DNA of 64,000 nt from an uncultured delta proteobacterium (lineage in GTDB: Bacteria > Myxococcota > Myxococcia > Myxococcales > Anaeromyxobacteraceae). Location: assembly GCA_963828255.1 (NCBI GenBank), contig CAWHDZ010000008.1:32001-96000 (forward strand), written 5' to 3'. The notes below the pieces were generated by a model. That model did not search any database, was not told the DNA's origin, and saw only the letters and a list, made by a program, of their open reading frames with translations. Positions 19,179 to 30,520 of the stretch are shown piece after piece. The position numbers were made by a program, and so were the translations under genes. Position 1 is the stretch's first letter. Each line of letters starts with the position of its first letter.

Positions 19179-19841
19179 TCAGGGTGCGGGGCGCGAACGG
19201 ACGATCGAGGTGACGCAGAATGCCAGGACTCCGGCGGCGAAGAGGGTGTTGCCCAGGTAGACGGCGAAGCGGCGGCGGATCTCCTGGCCGCCGATCCCCC
19301 GGTACCAGGCGCGGGCCGCGGTGTCGCGGCCGGCCAGGTCGCCGGCCGGCAGGGGCGCCCCGTGCACGCCCGCGAGGCGGGCCACCGCACGCCGGTGGAT
19401 CTCGAGCACCTGCACGAGGGCCACCCCGGGGAGGCCGCTCACCTCGCCGAGCCTCCCCGACCTGGCTGCGCGCCCGTGGTTGGCGGTGAGGGCGGCGGCT
19501 CCGTCCGGGAAGGTGGAGAGGAACTGGACCCGCGCGACGTCGCCGGGGTGGGGCGAAAGCTCGAAGACGTCGGCGAAGACCAGCCCGTCGGCGTCGGCGA
19601 AGGTCTCGGAGCGGAGCCCCAGCCCCCGGAACGGCCCGTCCTCGGCGTGGCTGCCCAGACGCCGGAATCCGAGCGGCAGGAGCACCTCGGCGGCGGCCCG
19701 CTGCGCCTCGGTCGGGGCGGCGACGTCCGGCGCGGATCGGGAGGAGACGAGCGACGGCGCCAGGACCAGGACGCCCCGCCGCCCGTACCGCAGGATCATC
19801 ATGGCGGCGTAGAAGCCCGCCAGCGCGAGGAGGATGGTCAC
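19179..19841 (-). CDS. Hypothetical membrane protein, translationally coupled to tatC
   Basis: GTG start overlaps the tatC stop (GTGA); hydrophobic N- and C-termini. Confidence 0.65.
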   Translation of the reverse strand: MTILLALAGFYAAMMILRYGRRGVLVLAPSLVSSRSAPDVAAPTEAQRAAAEVLLPLGFRRLGSHAEDGPFRGLGLRSETFADADGLVFADVFELSPHPGDVARVQFLSTFPDGAAALTANHGRAARSGRLGEVSGLPGVALVQVLEIHRRAVARLAGVHGAPLPAGDLAGRDTAARAWYRGIGGQEIRRRFAVYLGNTLFAAGVLAFCVTSIVRSRPAP

Positions 19842-20644
19842 GACGCGGTGGCGGCCTCGGCCGTCTTCCTCTTCTTCCCCACGATGCGGGCGGCGATGAT
19901 GCCCACCTCGTAGAAGACGATCATGGGCGCCGCCATGAGGAACAGGTTGAGCGGGTCGCCGGTGGGGGTGAGGATGGCCGCCAGGATCACGTTCACGATC
20001 CAGGCGTGGCGCCGGTACCTGGACAGGAACTCGGGGGTGACGAGCCCGATCATCGCCAGGAACGCGATGATGACCGGGATCTCGAAGACCACGCCGAAGC
20101 CGAGCATCATGGCGAGCACCAGCGTGAGCTGCTCGCGCATGGTGAGGATGGGCTTCATGTCCGGCCCGGCGATGGAGGCCAGCGCCGGGAAGGCGAAGGG
20201 CATCACCACGAAGTAGGTGAAGGCCACCCCGCAGTAGAAGAGCAACGTCCCGATGGCGACGAAGGGGATGACGAGCGTCTTCTCCTTCTTGTAGAGGCCG
20301 GGGGCGATGAAGAGCCAGAGCTGGAAGAGCACCCAGGGGGCGGCCAGGAAGAGCCCGCCGTAGAGCGCGACCTTGAGGTAGACGAGGAAGGGCTCGAGGG
20401 AGCTCGTGTAGTTGAGGGCCCGCTGCCCCTCCGGGAGCGAGTCGAGCACCGGCTGCATCACGAAGCGGAAGAGCCGCTCGGAGAACCAGCCGGCCACGGC
20501 CACGCCGACGGCGACGCCGAGGAGCGCCCGGACCAGCCGGATGCGCAGCTCCTTCAGGTGGTCGAAGAAGGTGGCCCGGACCTCGCCCTCCGGGGGAGGA
20601 GGGCCGGTCCCCTCGGCCGCGGCGGTCTCGGCTGGCTCGCTCAT
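19838..20644 (-). CDS. tatC: Twin-arginine translocase subunit TatC
   Basis: FFDHLKELRIRL, QLWLFIAPGLYKKEK, FGVVFEIP, AAILTPTGDP. Confidence 0.96.
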   Translation of the reverse strand: MSEPAETAAAEGTGPPPPEGEVRATFFDHLKELRIRLVRALLGVAVGVAVAGWFSERLFRFVMQPVLDSLPEGQRALNYTSSLEPFLVYLKVALYGGLFLAAPWVLFQLWLFIAPGLYKKEKTLVIPFVAIGTLLFYCGVAFTYFVVMPFAFPALASIAGPDMKPILTMREQLTLVLAMMLGFGVVFEIPVIIAFLAMIGLVTPEFLSRYRRHAWIVNVILAAILTPTGDPLNLFLMAAPMIVFYEVGIIAARIVGKKRKTAEAATAS

Positions 20645-21066
20645 GACAGCAGGGTGGGGCCGTCGTCGGGCTTCTCCGGCTCCGCGGCCGGCTTCGTCCC
20701 GGCCGCCGGATCGGCCTCGGCGAGCGGCGCAGCAGCGGGCACGGCCGCAGCGGGCGGGGGGGCCGGCTCGGCCAGCGCCGCGTCGAGCCCCGGGACGTTG
20801 TCGACGCTGGCCGGGGGCACCGGCTGGGGCGCAGCGGCGGGAACGGGGGCGGCCGCGGTGGGGGGGGCGATGCGAGCGCGCGAAGCCTTGCGCTCGTCGG
20901 CATAGAGCTCCTGCTCGAACTGCCCCTTCAGGTCGTCGCTGGCCTTCTTGAAGTCGCGCAGCCCCTTGCCGAGCTGCTTCGCCACCTCGGGCAGCTTCTG
21001 CGGCCCGAGCAGCACGAGCGCGAGCACGAGGATGATGACGATCTCACCGAAGCCGAGGCCGAACAT
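20641..21066 (-). CDS. tatB: Twin-arginine translocase subunit TatB (TatA/B family)
   Basis: MFGLGFGEIVIILVLALVLLGPQKLPEVAKQLGKGLRDFKK; directly upstream of tatC. Confidence 0.85.
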   Translation of the reverse strand: MFGLGFGEIVIILVLALVLLGPQKLPEVAKQLGKGLRDFKKASDDLKGQFEQELYADERKASRARIAPPTAAAPVPAAAPQPVPPASVDNVPGLDAALAEPAPPPAAAVPAAAPLAEADPAAGTKPAAEPEKPDDGPTLLS

Positions 21067-21089
21067 GGAAGGGGCGTTTATACCACGGC

Positions 21090-21502
21090 ATGTCCTTCTG
21101 GCTCGTCAAGACCGAACCCTCGACGTACGCGTTCCAGGACCTCCTGCGCGATCGGAACACCCGCTGGGACGGTGTTTCCAACGCGCAGGCCCAGGCGAGC
21201 CTCCGCGCCATGCGCGAGGGCGACGAGGTCGTCGTGTACCACTCGGGGGAGAAGGCGGCGGTGGGGCTTTCGCGCGTGGCGCGGGGGGCGTACCCGGATC
21301 CGGGGGATCCCGACGGGGAAGCGGGTGGCGGTGGACCTGGCGGCGGGGGTGGCGCTCGAGATGCCGGTGACGCTGGGGGTGCTGCGGGGGGAGAAGGTCG
21401 TTCGAGGGATCGGCGCTGTTGAGGCAGGGGAGGTTGTCGGTGGTGCCCGTGACGGCGGGGCAGTGGAGGGTGCTGCTCGGGAAGGGGGGAGTGCTGAGGT
21501 AA
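21090..21502 (+). pseudogene. EVE-domain protein gene with two +1 frameshifts
   Basis: MSFWLVKTEPSTYAFQDL...WDGVSN...YHSG...YPDP, then continues in a second frame (KRVAVDL...PVTL) after ~21310-21318 and a third frame (FEGSALLRQGRLSVVPVTAGQW...TAA 21500-21502) after ~21400. Confidence 0.8.
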
Positions 21503-21525
21503 GGGGGTTGGTGGCTCCTTGCGCG

Positions 21526-22754
21526 GGCGGATTCAACTGGTCCGTGCAACACCAAGTGGCGGGGTGACCGTCGCAGAGGCACGGTGGAGCATGGTTCGGA
21601 CCAGACGAGCAACCTCGTTCGCCGAGAAGGCGGACCTGTGGAAGCGGTGGAAGGACGGGGAGTCTTGCAGCGACATTGCCCGTGCGCTGGGACGTGGAAC
21701 TGGGACCGTGCACTGGATGCTTCGGGAATGGGGCGGGATTGCCCCGCCTGAGCGGCATCGGAATGCGCGAGTCCTCACTCTGGGGGAGCGGGAGGAGATT
21801 TCCCGAGGGCTCTCCGGCGGCGAGTCCATACGAGAGATCGCCGCTCGACTGAACCGCGCGCCCTCGACGGTTTCCCGGGAACTTCGGCGGAATGGCGGGG
21901 GCGACGGGTACCGAGCGGCCGGCGCCGATGGCCGTGCATGGAACTGTGCGCGTAGACCCAAGCAGTGCAAGCTGGCCATCCATCCTCGGTTGAGAAGGCT
22001 TGTCGCTGCGAAGCTATCGTTGCAGTGGTCCCCGGAGCAGATCTCTGGTTGGCTGAGCCAGCAACATCCCGGCGAAGACGCGATGAACGTGTCCCACGAG
22101 ACCATCTACCGCAGCCTCTTCGTGCAGACTCGGGGTGTGCTCAAGAAGGAGTTGCAGGAGCACCTGCGGTCCCGGCGGGTGATCAGGCAGTCGAAGAAGG
22201 CGACCAGGACCGGACAGAACCGCGGAAAGATCGTCGACGCCGTATCCATCCGGGAACGTCCCGCGAGCGCCGAGGACAGGGCCGTACCTGGCCACTGGGA
22301 AGGCGACTTGCTCACCGGCACGAACAACAGCCACATCGCGACTCTGGTCGAGAGGCGGTCGCGGTTCACGATGCTCGTGAAGGTCAGGGGCAAGGACACC
22401 GCCAGCGTGGTCAGGGCGCTCTCGAGGCAGGTGAAGAAGCTGCCCGCCGAGCTCCGCCGCACACTGACCTGGGACCGTGGAATGGAACTCTCCACGCACA
22501 AGGCCTTCAGCATCGCTACCGACGTGAAGGTGTATTTCTGCGACCCCCAGAGCCCGTGGCAGCGGGGCACCAACGAGAACACGAACGGCCTGCTCCGTCA
22601 GTACTTCCCGGTGGGCACACGGTTCTCCGACTTCTCGCAGTCAGACCTGAACCGGGTGGCGCGCCGACTCAACGAACGTCCCAGGAAGACGTTGGCATTC
22701 ACTTCACCCGCAGATATGTTTCACCGAACGTTGCAATGACCGGCTGAATCCGCC
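21526..22754 (+). mobile_element. IS30-family insertion sequence, 1229 bp
   Basis: IRL GGCGGATTCAACTGGTCCGTGCAACA; IRR (reverse complement) GGCGGATTCAGCCGGTCATTGCAACG; CG on both flanks (21524-25, 22755-56). Confidence 0.93.
21591..22739 (+). CDS. IS30-family DDE transposase
   Basis: HTH (RAPSTVSRELRRN), WSPEQI, SHETIY, PGHWEGD, TWDRGME, PWQRGTNENTNGLLRQYFP. Confidence 0.97.
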   Translation: MVRTRRATSFAEKADLWKRWKDGESCSDIARALGRGTGTVHWMLREWGGIAPPERHRNARVLTLGEREEISRGLSGGESIREIAARLNRAPSTVSRELRRNGGGDGYRAAGADGRAWNCARRPKQCKLAIHPRLRRLVAAKLSLQWSPEQISGWLSQQHPGEDAMNVSHETIYRSLFVQTRGVLKKELQEHLRSRRVIRQSKKATRTGQNRGKIVDAVSIRERPASAEDRAVPGHWEGDLLTGTNNSHIATLVERRSRFTMLVKVRGKDTASVVRALSRQVKKLPAELRRTLTWDRGMELSTHKAFSIATDVKVYFCDPQSPWQRGTNENTNGLLRQYFPVGTRFSDFSQSDLNRVARRLNERPRKTLAFTSPADMFHRTLQ

Positions 22755-22778
22755 CGGTCTACTTCGTAGACCGCGCTG

Positions 22779-25328
22779 TCAGTCAGAAAACAAGTCCTGC
22801 ACGTCCACCTTCGTCGCGCCCGCCTCGCCCGGCGCCTTCTGGACCGGCTCGGTGCCCTCCAGGTAGGGCTCGAGCACGCCGGGCTCGAAGGGCTCCACCG
22901 CCTGGCCCGTCTTCGGGTCGATTCGGACGAAGACGATCCCCTCCGGGATCGGGAAGGCGGGCTGGGGCCGGTCGCGGAGCGCCGCCTGCATGAAGGCGAG
23001 CCAGATGGGGAGCGCGGCCCGGCCCCCGGTCTCGGCGCGCCCGAGCGGCTGCTCGTTGTTGTCGAACCCGAGCCAGACCCCGGCCACCTGGTCGGCGGTG
23101 TAGCCCAGGAACCAGGTGTCGAAGGAGTCGTTGGTGGTGCCGGTCTTCCCGGCCACCGGCTTCCCGAGCCTGGCCGCCTGGGCCCCGGTGCCCACCGTGG
23201 CCACCTCCTGCATGAGGTGCTGGAGCACGAAGGCGGCCCGCCGATCGACGACGCGCACCGGCTCCTCCCGCACCTCGGCGTATCCCCCGGCGAGCCGCTC
23301 GGAGAGCGGCGCCCAGGGGTCGGTGGGGGCGATGCGGTCCTCGAGCAGCCGGCCGTCCCGGTCGAGCACCCTCTTCACGAGGAGTGATGGTCGCTTCAGC
23401 CCCTGCCGGTCCAGCACCGCGTAGACGTCCACCAGGTCGAAGAGGGTCGCGCAGGAGCTCCCCAGGGCGCTCCCCAGCTCGGGCTTCACCGGCGAGCCGA
23501 TGCCGAGCGAGGCCGCCCACTGCCCCAGGAAGGGCGCGCCCATCTTGCGGGCCAGCGCCTCGGCGGTCTTCACCGCCGGGATGTTCATCGAGGAGATCAC
23601 CGCCGAGCGCAGCGGCACCTCCCCCTTGAAGTCCTCGCCGAAGTTCTGGGGCTTCCAGGAGCGCTCGTCGTCCCGGAAGACCACCGGCGCGTCGGTGATC
23701 AGGGTGGAGGGGGTGAAGGAGAGCTTCTCGATGGCCGCGGCGTAGAGGATGGGCTTGAAGGCGCTCCCGGGCTGGCGGCAGGCCTGGAAGGCCCGGTTGA
23801 ACTCGGAGGCCTCGAAGTCGTAGCCCCCCACCAGGGCCCCCACGTAGCCGGTGCCCGGGTCCTGCGCGACCAGCGCGCCCTGGAGCCTGGGCTCCTGCTC
23901 CAGCGCCAGCAGCAGGGGGGCGGACGGGACGGCGGCGGGCTTGCCGGCCTTCCACGCCTTCTCGAGCGCGACCAGCTCCTCCCGCTCCACCCGGCGCACC
24001 AGCACCACGTCGCCGGCCTTGAGCGCGGTGGATGGACGCTCGATCATTGCGTACTCCCAGTGAACCTGGGAGTTGGGGACGCGGGCCCAGCGCATTCCCG
24101 AGACCGGGAGGATCCCCTGCTCCTCCCCCACCTCGACGGTGGCCCGTCCCGCGGCGTCGTTCACCCCCGTGACGATCCCCACCGCGAAATCGCCGGGACG
24201 GAGCGCGCCCCTGGGCCAGGCGCGGGAGAGGCGGCGCTGCAGCGCCTCGCGCTCGGCCCCCTGGACGCGGGCCACCGGCCCCCAGAAGCCCTGGCGCCGG
24301 TCCACGTCGAGCAGCCCGCGCAGCATGGCCTGCTGGGCGGCCCGCTGGGCGTCGAGGTCCATGGCCGACTCGACCCGCAGCCCGTCCCGCAGCACACGGG
24401 GGTTGCCGTGCCGCTCCACGATGCGGCGGCGCACCGCCTCGGCGTAGAAGGGCGCCACCTCCCGGAACGGGTCGTCGATGGCGTGGACCTGGACCGGCGA
24501 GTCGTCGGCGGCCCGCCGCTCCTCCTCGGTGATGGCTCCGTCCTCGCGCATGCGCCGCAGCACATAGGTGCGCCGCCTGCGGGCCGCCTCCGGGTGGAGC
24601 ACCGGCGAGTAGCGGCTGGGGGCCTGCGGCAGCCCGGCCAGCAGCGCCGCCTCGGCGACCGTGAGCTCCCCCGCGGTCTTGCGGAAGTAGTTCTCCGACG
24701 CCGACTCGATCCCGTAGCTGTGGTGCCCCAGGTAGACCCCGTTCAGGTAGAGCCAGAGCAGCTCCTCCTTGCCGAACGCCTTCTCCAGCCGCGCCGCCAG
24801 GATGGCCTCGCGGGCCTTGCGCCGGAGGTTCTTGCGCGTCCCCTCGGCGAGCCCCTCGGAGGAGACCAGCAGCGCCTTGGCGGTCTGCTGGGTGATGGTG
24901 GAGCCGCCCTGGATCTTCTTCTTGAGGACGTAGGTGTTCACGCCGGCGCGCAAGGTCCCCAGCCAGTCGACGCCACCGTGCTGGAAGAAGTTCTTGTCCT
25001 CGGCGGCCAGGAAGGCCTGCACCACGTGGCGGGGGATCCGCTCGTAGGGGACCATCCGGCGCCGCTCCTCGAAGAGCTCGCCGACCACCTGGCCGTCGGA
25101 GCTCACGATCTCCGAGACCACCGGCGGCCGGTAGGTCTCGAGCGACTCCACGGACGGCAGGCCCCTGGAGAGCCAGAAGTAGCCCGCCACGCCCGCGACG
25201 AGCCCGGCGTTGGCCACGCCCAGGAGCAGGAAGACCATCCAGCGCAGCGCCGAGCGCCACCTGGGGCGCCGCGGCGGCACCCCGTCGAGCACCAGCTTCT
25301 GCGTCGGGAGTTCGGGCTGTTCGGCCAT
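22779..25328 (-). CDS. mrcA: Penicillin-binding protein 1A (transglycosylase/transpeptidase)
   Basis: AAEDKNFFQHGG, QGGSTITQQ, RQPGSAFKP (SxxK), SMN, KTGTTN. Confidence 0.93.
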   Translation of the reverse strand: MAEQPELPTQKLVLDGVPPRRPRWRSALRWMVFLLLGVANAGLVAGVAGYFWLSRGLPSVESLETYRPPVVSEIVSSDGQVVGELFEERRRMVPYERIPRHVVQAFLAAEDKNFFQHGGVDWLGTLRAGVNTYVLKKKIQGGSTITQQTAKALLVSSEGLAEGTRKNLRRKAREAILAARLEKAFGKEELLWLYLNGVYLGHHSYGIESASENYFRKTAGELTVAEAALLAGLPQAPSRYSPVLHPEAARRRRTYVLRRMREDGAITEEERRAADDSPVQVHAIDDPFREVAPFYAEAVRRRIVERHGNPRVLRDGLRVESAMDLDAQRAAQQAMLRGLLDVDRRQGFWGPVARVQGAEREALQRRLSRAWPRGALRPGDFAVGIVTGVNDAAGRATVEVGEEQGILPVSGMRWARVPNSQVHWEYAMIERPSTALKAGDVVLVRRVEREELVALEKAWKAGKPAAVPSAPLLLALEQEPRLQGALVAQDPGTGYVGALVGGYDFEASEFNRAFQACRQPGSAFKPILYAAAIEKLSFTPSTLITDAPVVFRDDERSWKPQNFGEDFKGEVPLRSAVISSMNIPAVKTAEALARKMGAPFLGQWAASLGIGSPVKPELGSALGSSCATLFDLVDVYAVLDRQGLKRPSLLVKRVLDRDGRLLEDRIAPTDPWAPLSERLAGGYAEVREEPVRVVDRRAAFVLQHLMQEVATVGTGAQAARLGKPVAGKTGTTNDSFDTWFLGYTADQVAGVWLGFDNNEQPLGRAETGGRAALPIWLAFMQAALRDRPQPAFPIPEGIVFVRIDPKTGQAVEPFEPGVLEPYLEGTEPVQKAPGEAGATKVDVQDLFSD

Positions 25329-25361
25329 CCGGGAGGACTGTAGGCAGGCCCCGCCGGCGGA

Positions 25362-26366
25362 TCAATGGCGCTTCGCGCCCGGGACCACCCGGGGAGCGGC
25401 GCCGGGGGGCGCGTCGAGGTTGGCTCGCCCCAGCACCTCGAGCAACTCGGGTGGGAGCGGGGCCTCGAGCCGGAGCGGCGCTCCGGTGACCGGGTGGGGC
25501 ACCTCGAGCCTCCAGGCGTGGAGGAACATGCGCCGCAGGCCCCAGCGGGCCCGCGCCTCGCGGTTGAATGCGAAGTCGCCGTAGCGCCGGTCCCCGGCCA
25601 CCGGGTGGCCGAAGGCCTGCAGGTGGCGCCGGATCTGGTGGGTGCGCCCGGTCTCGATGTGCACCCGGAGCAGGGAGGCGTCGTGGTTCGCCGAGATCAC
25701 CTGCCAGCGGGTCAGCGCCTCCTGGAACTTCACACCGCGCTGGTCCTTGGAGCGGCTGGTCTGCTCGTGCTCGGAGAGCGGCAGGTCGATCACGCCCGAG
25801 ACCTTGGCGAACTTCCCCTTGGCCAGCCCCAGGTAGGCCTTGCGGACCTCGTCACCCTCGGTGAACAGCTCTCCGAGCCGCACCATGGCCTTGCGGGTCT
25901 TCGCCACCAGCACCACGCCGCTCGTGTCCCGGTCGAGCCGGTGGGCCGGGCTGGCGCGGTACTCCCCGGGCGGAAGGTCGGCGGGGACGCGCAGGTATGC
26001 GCGCACCTCGTCCACCAGCGTGGCCCCCTCGATGCCGCTGCCGGGGTGGGCGGCCAGGCCGGCCGGCTTGTCCACCACGAGCAGGTGCTGGTCCTCGAGG
26101 AGGATGCCGAAGGTGCGCCGCGCGGCGCGGGGCCCCTTCGCCGCCCCCTCGGCGGGAACGAGCAGCCGCTCCTCGTCGCCGCGGATGGCGATCTTGTCGC
26201 CGTCGGCCAGCAGCTGCTCGGCGCGCCCGCGCAGCCCGTTCACCCGGATCTTCTTGGTGCGGAACATCTTGTAGACGTGGGAGAGGGGCACGCCGTTCAG
26301 CGCGCGGCGCACGTACTTGTCGAGACGCTGCCCGGCGGCGTCGGCGCTGACGGTGAGCTCGATCAC
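25362..26366 (-). CDS. RluA-family pseudouridine synthase with S4 domain (RluC-like)
   Basis: GQRLDKY S4 start, HRLDRDTSG, TGRTHQIRRH, GDRRYG. Confidence 0.93.
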   Translation of the reverse strand: MIELTVSADAAGQRLDKYVRRALNGVPLSHVYKMFRTKKIRVNGLRGRAEQLLADGDKIAIRGDEERLLVPAEGAAKGPRAARRTFGILLEDQHLLVVDKPAGLAAHPGSGIEGATLVDEVRAYLRVPADLPPGEYRASPAHRLDRDTSGVVLVAKTRKAMVRLGELFTEGDEVRKAYLGLAKGKFAKVSGVIDLPLSEHEQTSRSKDQRGVKFQEALTRWQVISANHDASLLRVHIETGRTHQIRRHLQAFGHPVAGDRRYGDFAFNREARARWGLRRMFLHAWRLEVPHPVTGAPLRLEAPLPPELLEVLGRANLDAPPGAAPRVVPGAKRH

Positions 26367-27352
26367 CAGAGCTCCATCTGGGGGGATTCCTCGAGCGGCT
26401 CGGCCTGGATGCCCTCGCGCCGCAGCTCCTTGGCGAACTCGGCGGCGTGGCCGTGCATGGTGAAGACCCGGGACGCGCCGGTGGCCTTCGCGTAGCGCAG
26501 GAGCGACGGGAAGTCGGCGTGGTCGGAGAGCGGAAAGGATGCGTCCACGTTGCCGTACCAGCGGGCCCCGTCGAGGGCCCAGCCGGTGAGGACCGCCGTG
26601 CGGCGCGGGCGGATCCGGGCGATGGCCGCCGAGCGCGCCAGCTGCGGCGGCACCACCACGACCTCCCCCGGCGCGGCCCCCTCCGGCCCGAGCAGCCGGA
26701 CGTTCGGGAGCGGGACCCCCTGCTCCTCGTAGACCTGGTTCACCGCGTGGATGGTGGCGTGGGCGCGGCAGGGGTAGCCCAGCTCGCCGAAGTGCTTCAG
26801 CACCTCCTGGGCCTTGCCGAGCGAGTAGCCGAGCAGCACCGGCGTGGCTCCGTCGGAGAGCGCGTCGTCCACGAACCGGCGGACCGCCGCCAGGACCTCG
26901 TCCTTGGGCGGGAAGACGTACTTCGGCAACCCGAAGGTGGACTCCATGAGCAGCACGTCGCAGGGCATCACCTCGACCGGCTCGGCGGTGCGGGTGGGCT
27001 CGGTGCAGAGGTCACCGGTGTAGCCCACGGCCAGGCCGCCGGGCAGCGTGATGCGGATCTGGGCCGAGCCGAGGACGTGGCCGGCGGAGAAGAGCTCGAG
27101 CGTCAGCTCCCCCAGGCCGAAGGGGGAGCGGTAGTCGGCGGGGAGCACCTCGCTCCCCTTGCGGTCGCCCAGCCGGTGGCGGGCCAGGGCGGCGGTGGCG
27201 CGGGTGGCGATGGTCCGCTCGTGGCGTCCCAGGTGGTCGGAGTGGGCGTGGGAGACGAAGCCGCAGGGGCGCTTGCGGCGGGCGTCGAGGTAGAGCCCGG
27301 TTCCGCGGACGCGGAGCTCGCCGGCGACCAGCTCGATGGGGGAGCGCTTCAC
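26363..27352 (-). CDS. MBL-fold beta-CASP-like nuclease (ligase-associated exonuclease family)
   Basis: FVSHAHSDH, AGHVLGS, YTGD, MESTFG, YSLGKAQ, LSDHADF, HG. Confidence 0.85.
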   Translation of the reverse strand: MKRSPIELVAGELRVRGTGLYLDARRKRPCGFVSHAHSDHLGRHERTIATRATAALARHRLGDRKGSEVLPADYRSPFGLGELTLELFSAGHVLGSAQIRITLPGGLAVGYTGDLCTEPTRTAEPVEVMPCDVLLMESTFGLPKYVFPPKDEVLAAVRRFVDDALSDGATPVLLGYSLGKAQEVLKHFGELGYPCRAHATIHAVNQVYEEQGVPLPNVRLLGPEGAAPGEVVVVPPQLARSAAIARIRPRRTAVLTGWALDGARWYGNVDASFPLSDHADFPSLLRYAKATGASRVFTMHGHAAEFAKELRREGIQAEPLEESPQMELW

Positions 27353-27408
27353 GGGGAATGTGTAACAGGGGGGGCTGTCGCTGGCCTCCTGGGAGCAGCC
27401 GGGCTGAC

Positions 27409-28284
27409 TCAATTCCCCGCCGTCCGCCGGGACTGCAGCGCCCCGCCCACCTCGGCCACCACGATCCCCACCAGGATGAGCGCTCCTCCGGCGAGGCCCA
27501 GCGCCGGGAGCACCTCCCCGGTGACGAAGTGGGAGAAGACCGCCGCGGCGGGGGGCTCGAGCGCGTAGATGATGGCGGCCCGGACCGCCGTGGTGTGGCG
27601 CTGCGCCCAGTTCATGACGAAGAAGGCGCCCACCGTCATCACCAGGCTGGTGAAGAGGACCGTTCCGGCCAGCTCCGGCGACGGCGCGAGGCGCACCGGC
27701 TCGAAGGCGAGCAGGACGAGGCTACCCAGGAAGGTCACCGCGATCTGCACGAAGGTGAGCGCCACGAGCGGGTGGCGCGGGGAGAACTCGCTCGTCCACA
27801 CGATCTGGAAGGCGTAGGCGAAGGCGCAACCGAGCGTGAGCAGGTCACCGAGCTGGACGATGGCCGTCGAATCCCCGCCGAACGGGCGGGTGAGCATGGC
27901 GAGCCCCACCACGGCCAGCGTCACCCCCGCCCATGCCGGCCCCCCGACGCGCCGCCCCTGCAGGAACTTTGCAATGAGCGGGACGATGACCACGGCGAGC
28001 CCGGTGATGAAGCCGGAGCGGGCCGGGGTGGTGAAGCGCAGCCCGAAGGTCTGGAGCGCGAAGCCGGCGAACATGGCGAGGCCGAGCAACCCGCCGTCCC
28101 GCAGCAGGCCGGGGGAAGGGCGCTGCCGGCGCAGGATCCAGATGGCCCCCAGCACCGCGGTCGCGATCCCGAAGCGAAGGGAGAGGAAAACACCCGGGCT
28201 CGTCCCGGCGTCGAGGACGCGCTTCACGAGCGTGAAGGTCGTCCCCCAGACGAGCGTGAGGAGGAGAAGTGCGAGGTCGGCCAC
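27409..28284 (-). CDS. DMT/EamA family transporter
   Basis: LVWGTTF, RFGIA, LQTFGLRFTTP, GDLLTLGCA, ALEP; about 10 TMs. Confidence 0.92.
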   Translation of the reverse strand: MADLALLLLTLVWGTTFTLVKRVLDAGTSPGVFLSLRFGIATAVLGAIWILRRQRPSPGLLRDGGLLGLAMFAGFALQTFGLRFTTPARSGFITGLAVVIVPLIAKFLQGRRVGGPAWAGVTLAVVGLAMLTRPFGGDSTAIVQLGDLLTLGCAFAYAFQIVWTSEFSPRHPLVALTFVQIAVTFLGSLVLLAFEPVRLAPSPELAGTVLFTSLVMTVGAFFVMNWAQRHTTAVRAAIIYALEPPAAAVFSHFVTGEVLPALGLAGGALILVGIVVAEVGGALQSRRTAGN

Positions 28285-28334
28285 GGCGGCGCGGTTGTAG
28301 CAGAGGGTGCCCCGGTGGACTAGGTTGCCACCCC

Positions 28335-30488
<2,154 letters not shown>

Positions 30489-30520
30489 CGGGCCGGCGAA
30501 CGCCACGGTAGACTCGGGGC

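Noticed and set aside
21090..21526. EVE gene truncated by the IS30 insertion
   Set aside because: The EVE C-terminus and TAA (21500-21502) are present before the IS; the defect is frameshifts, not interruption.
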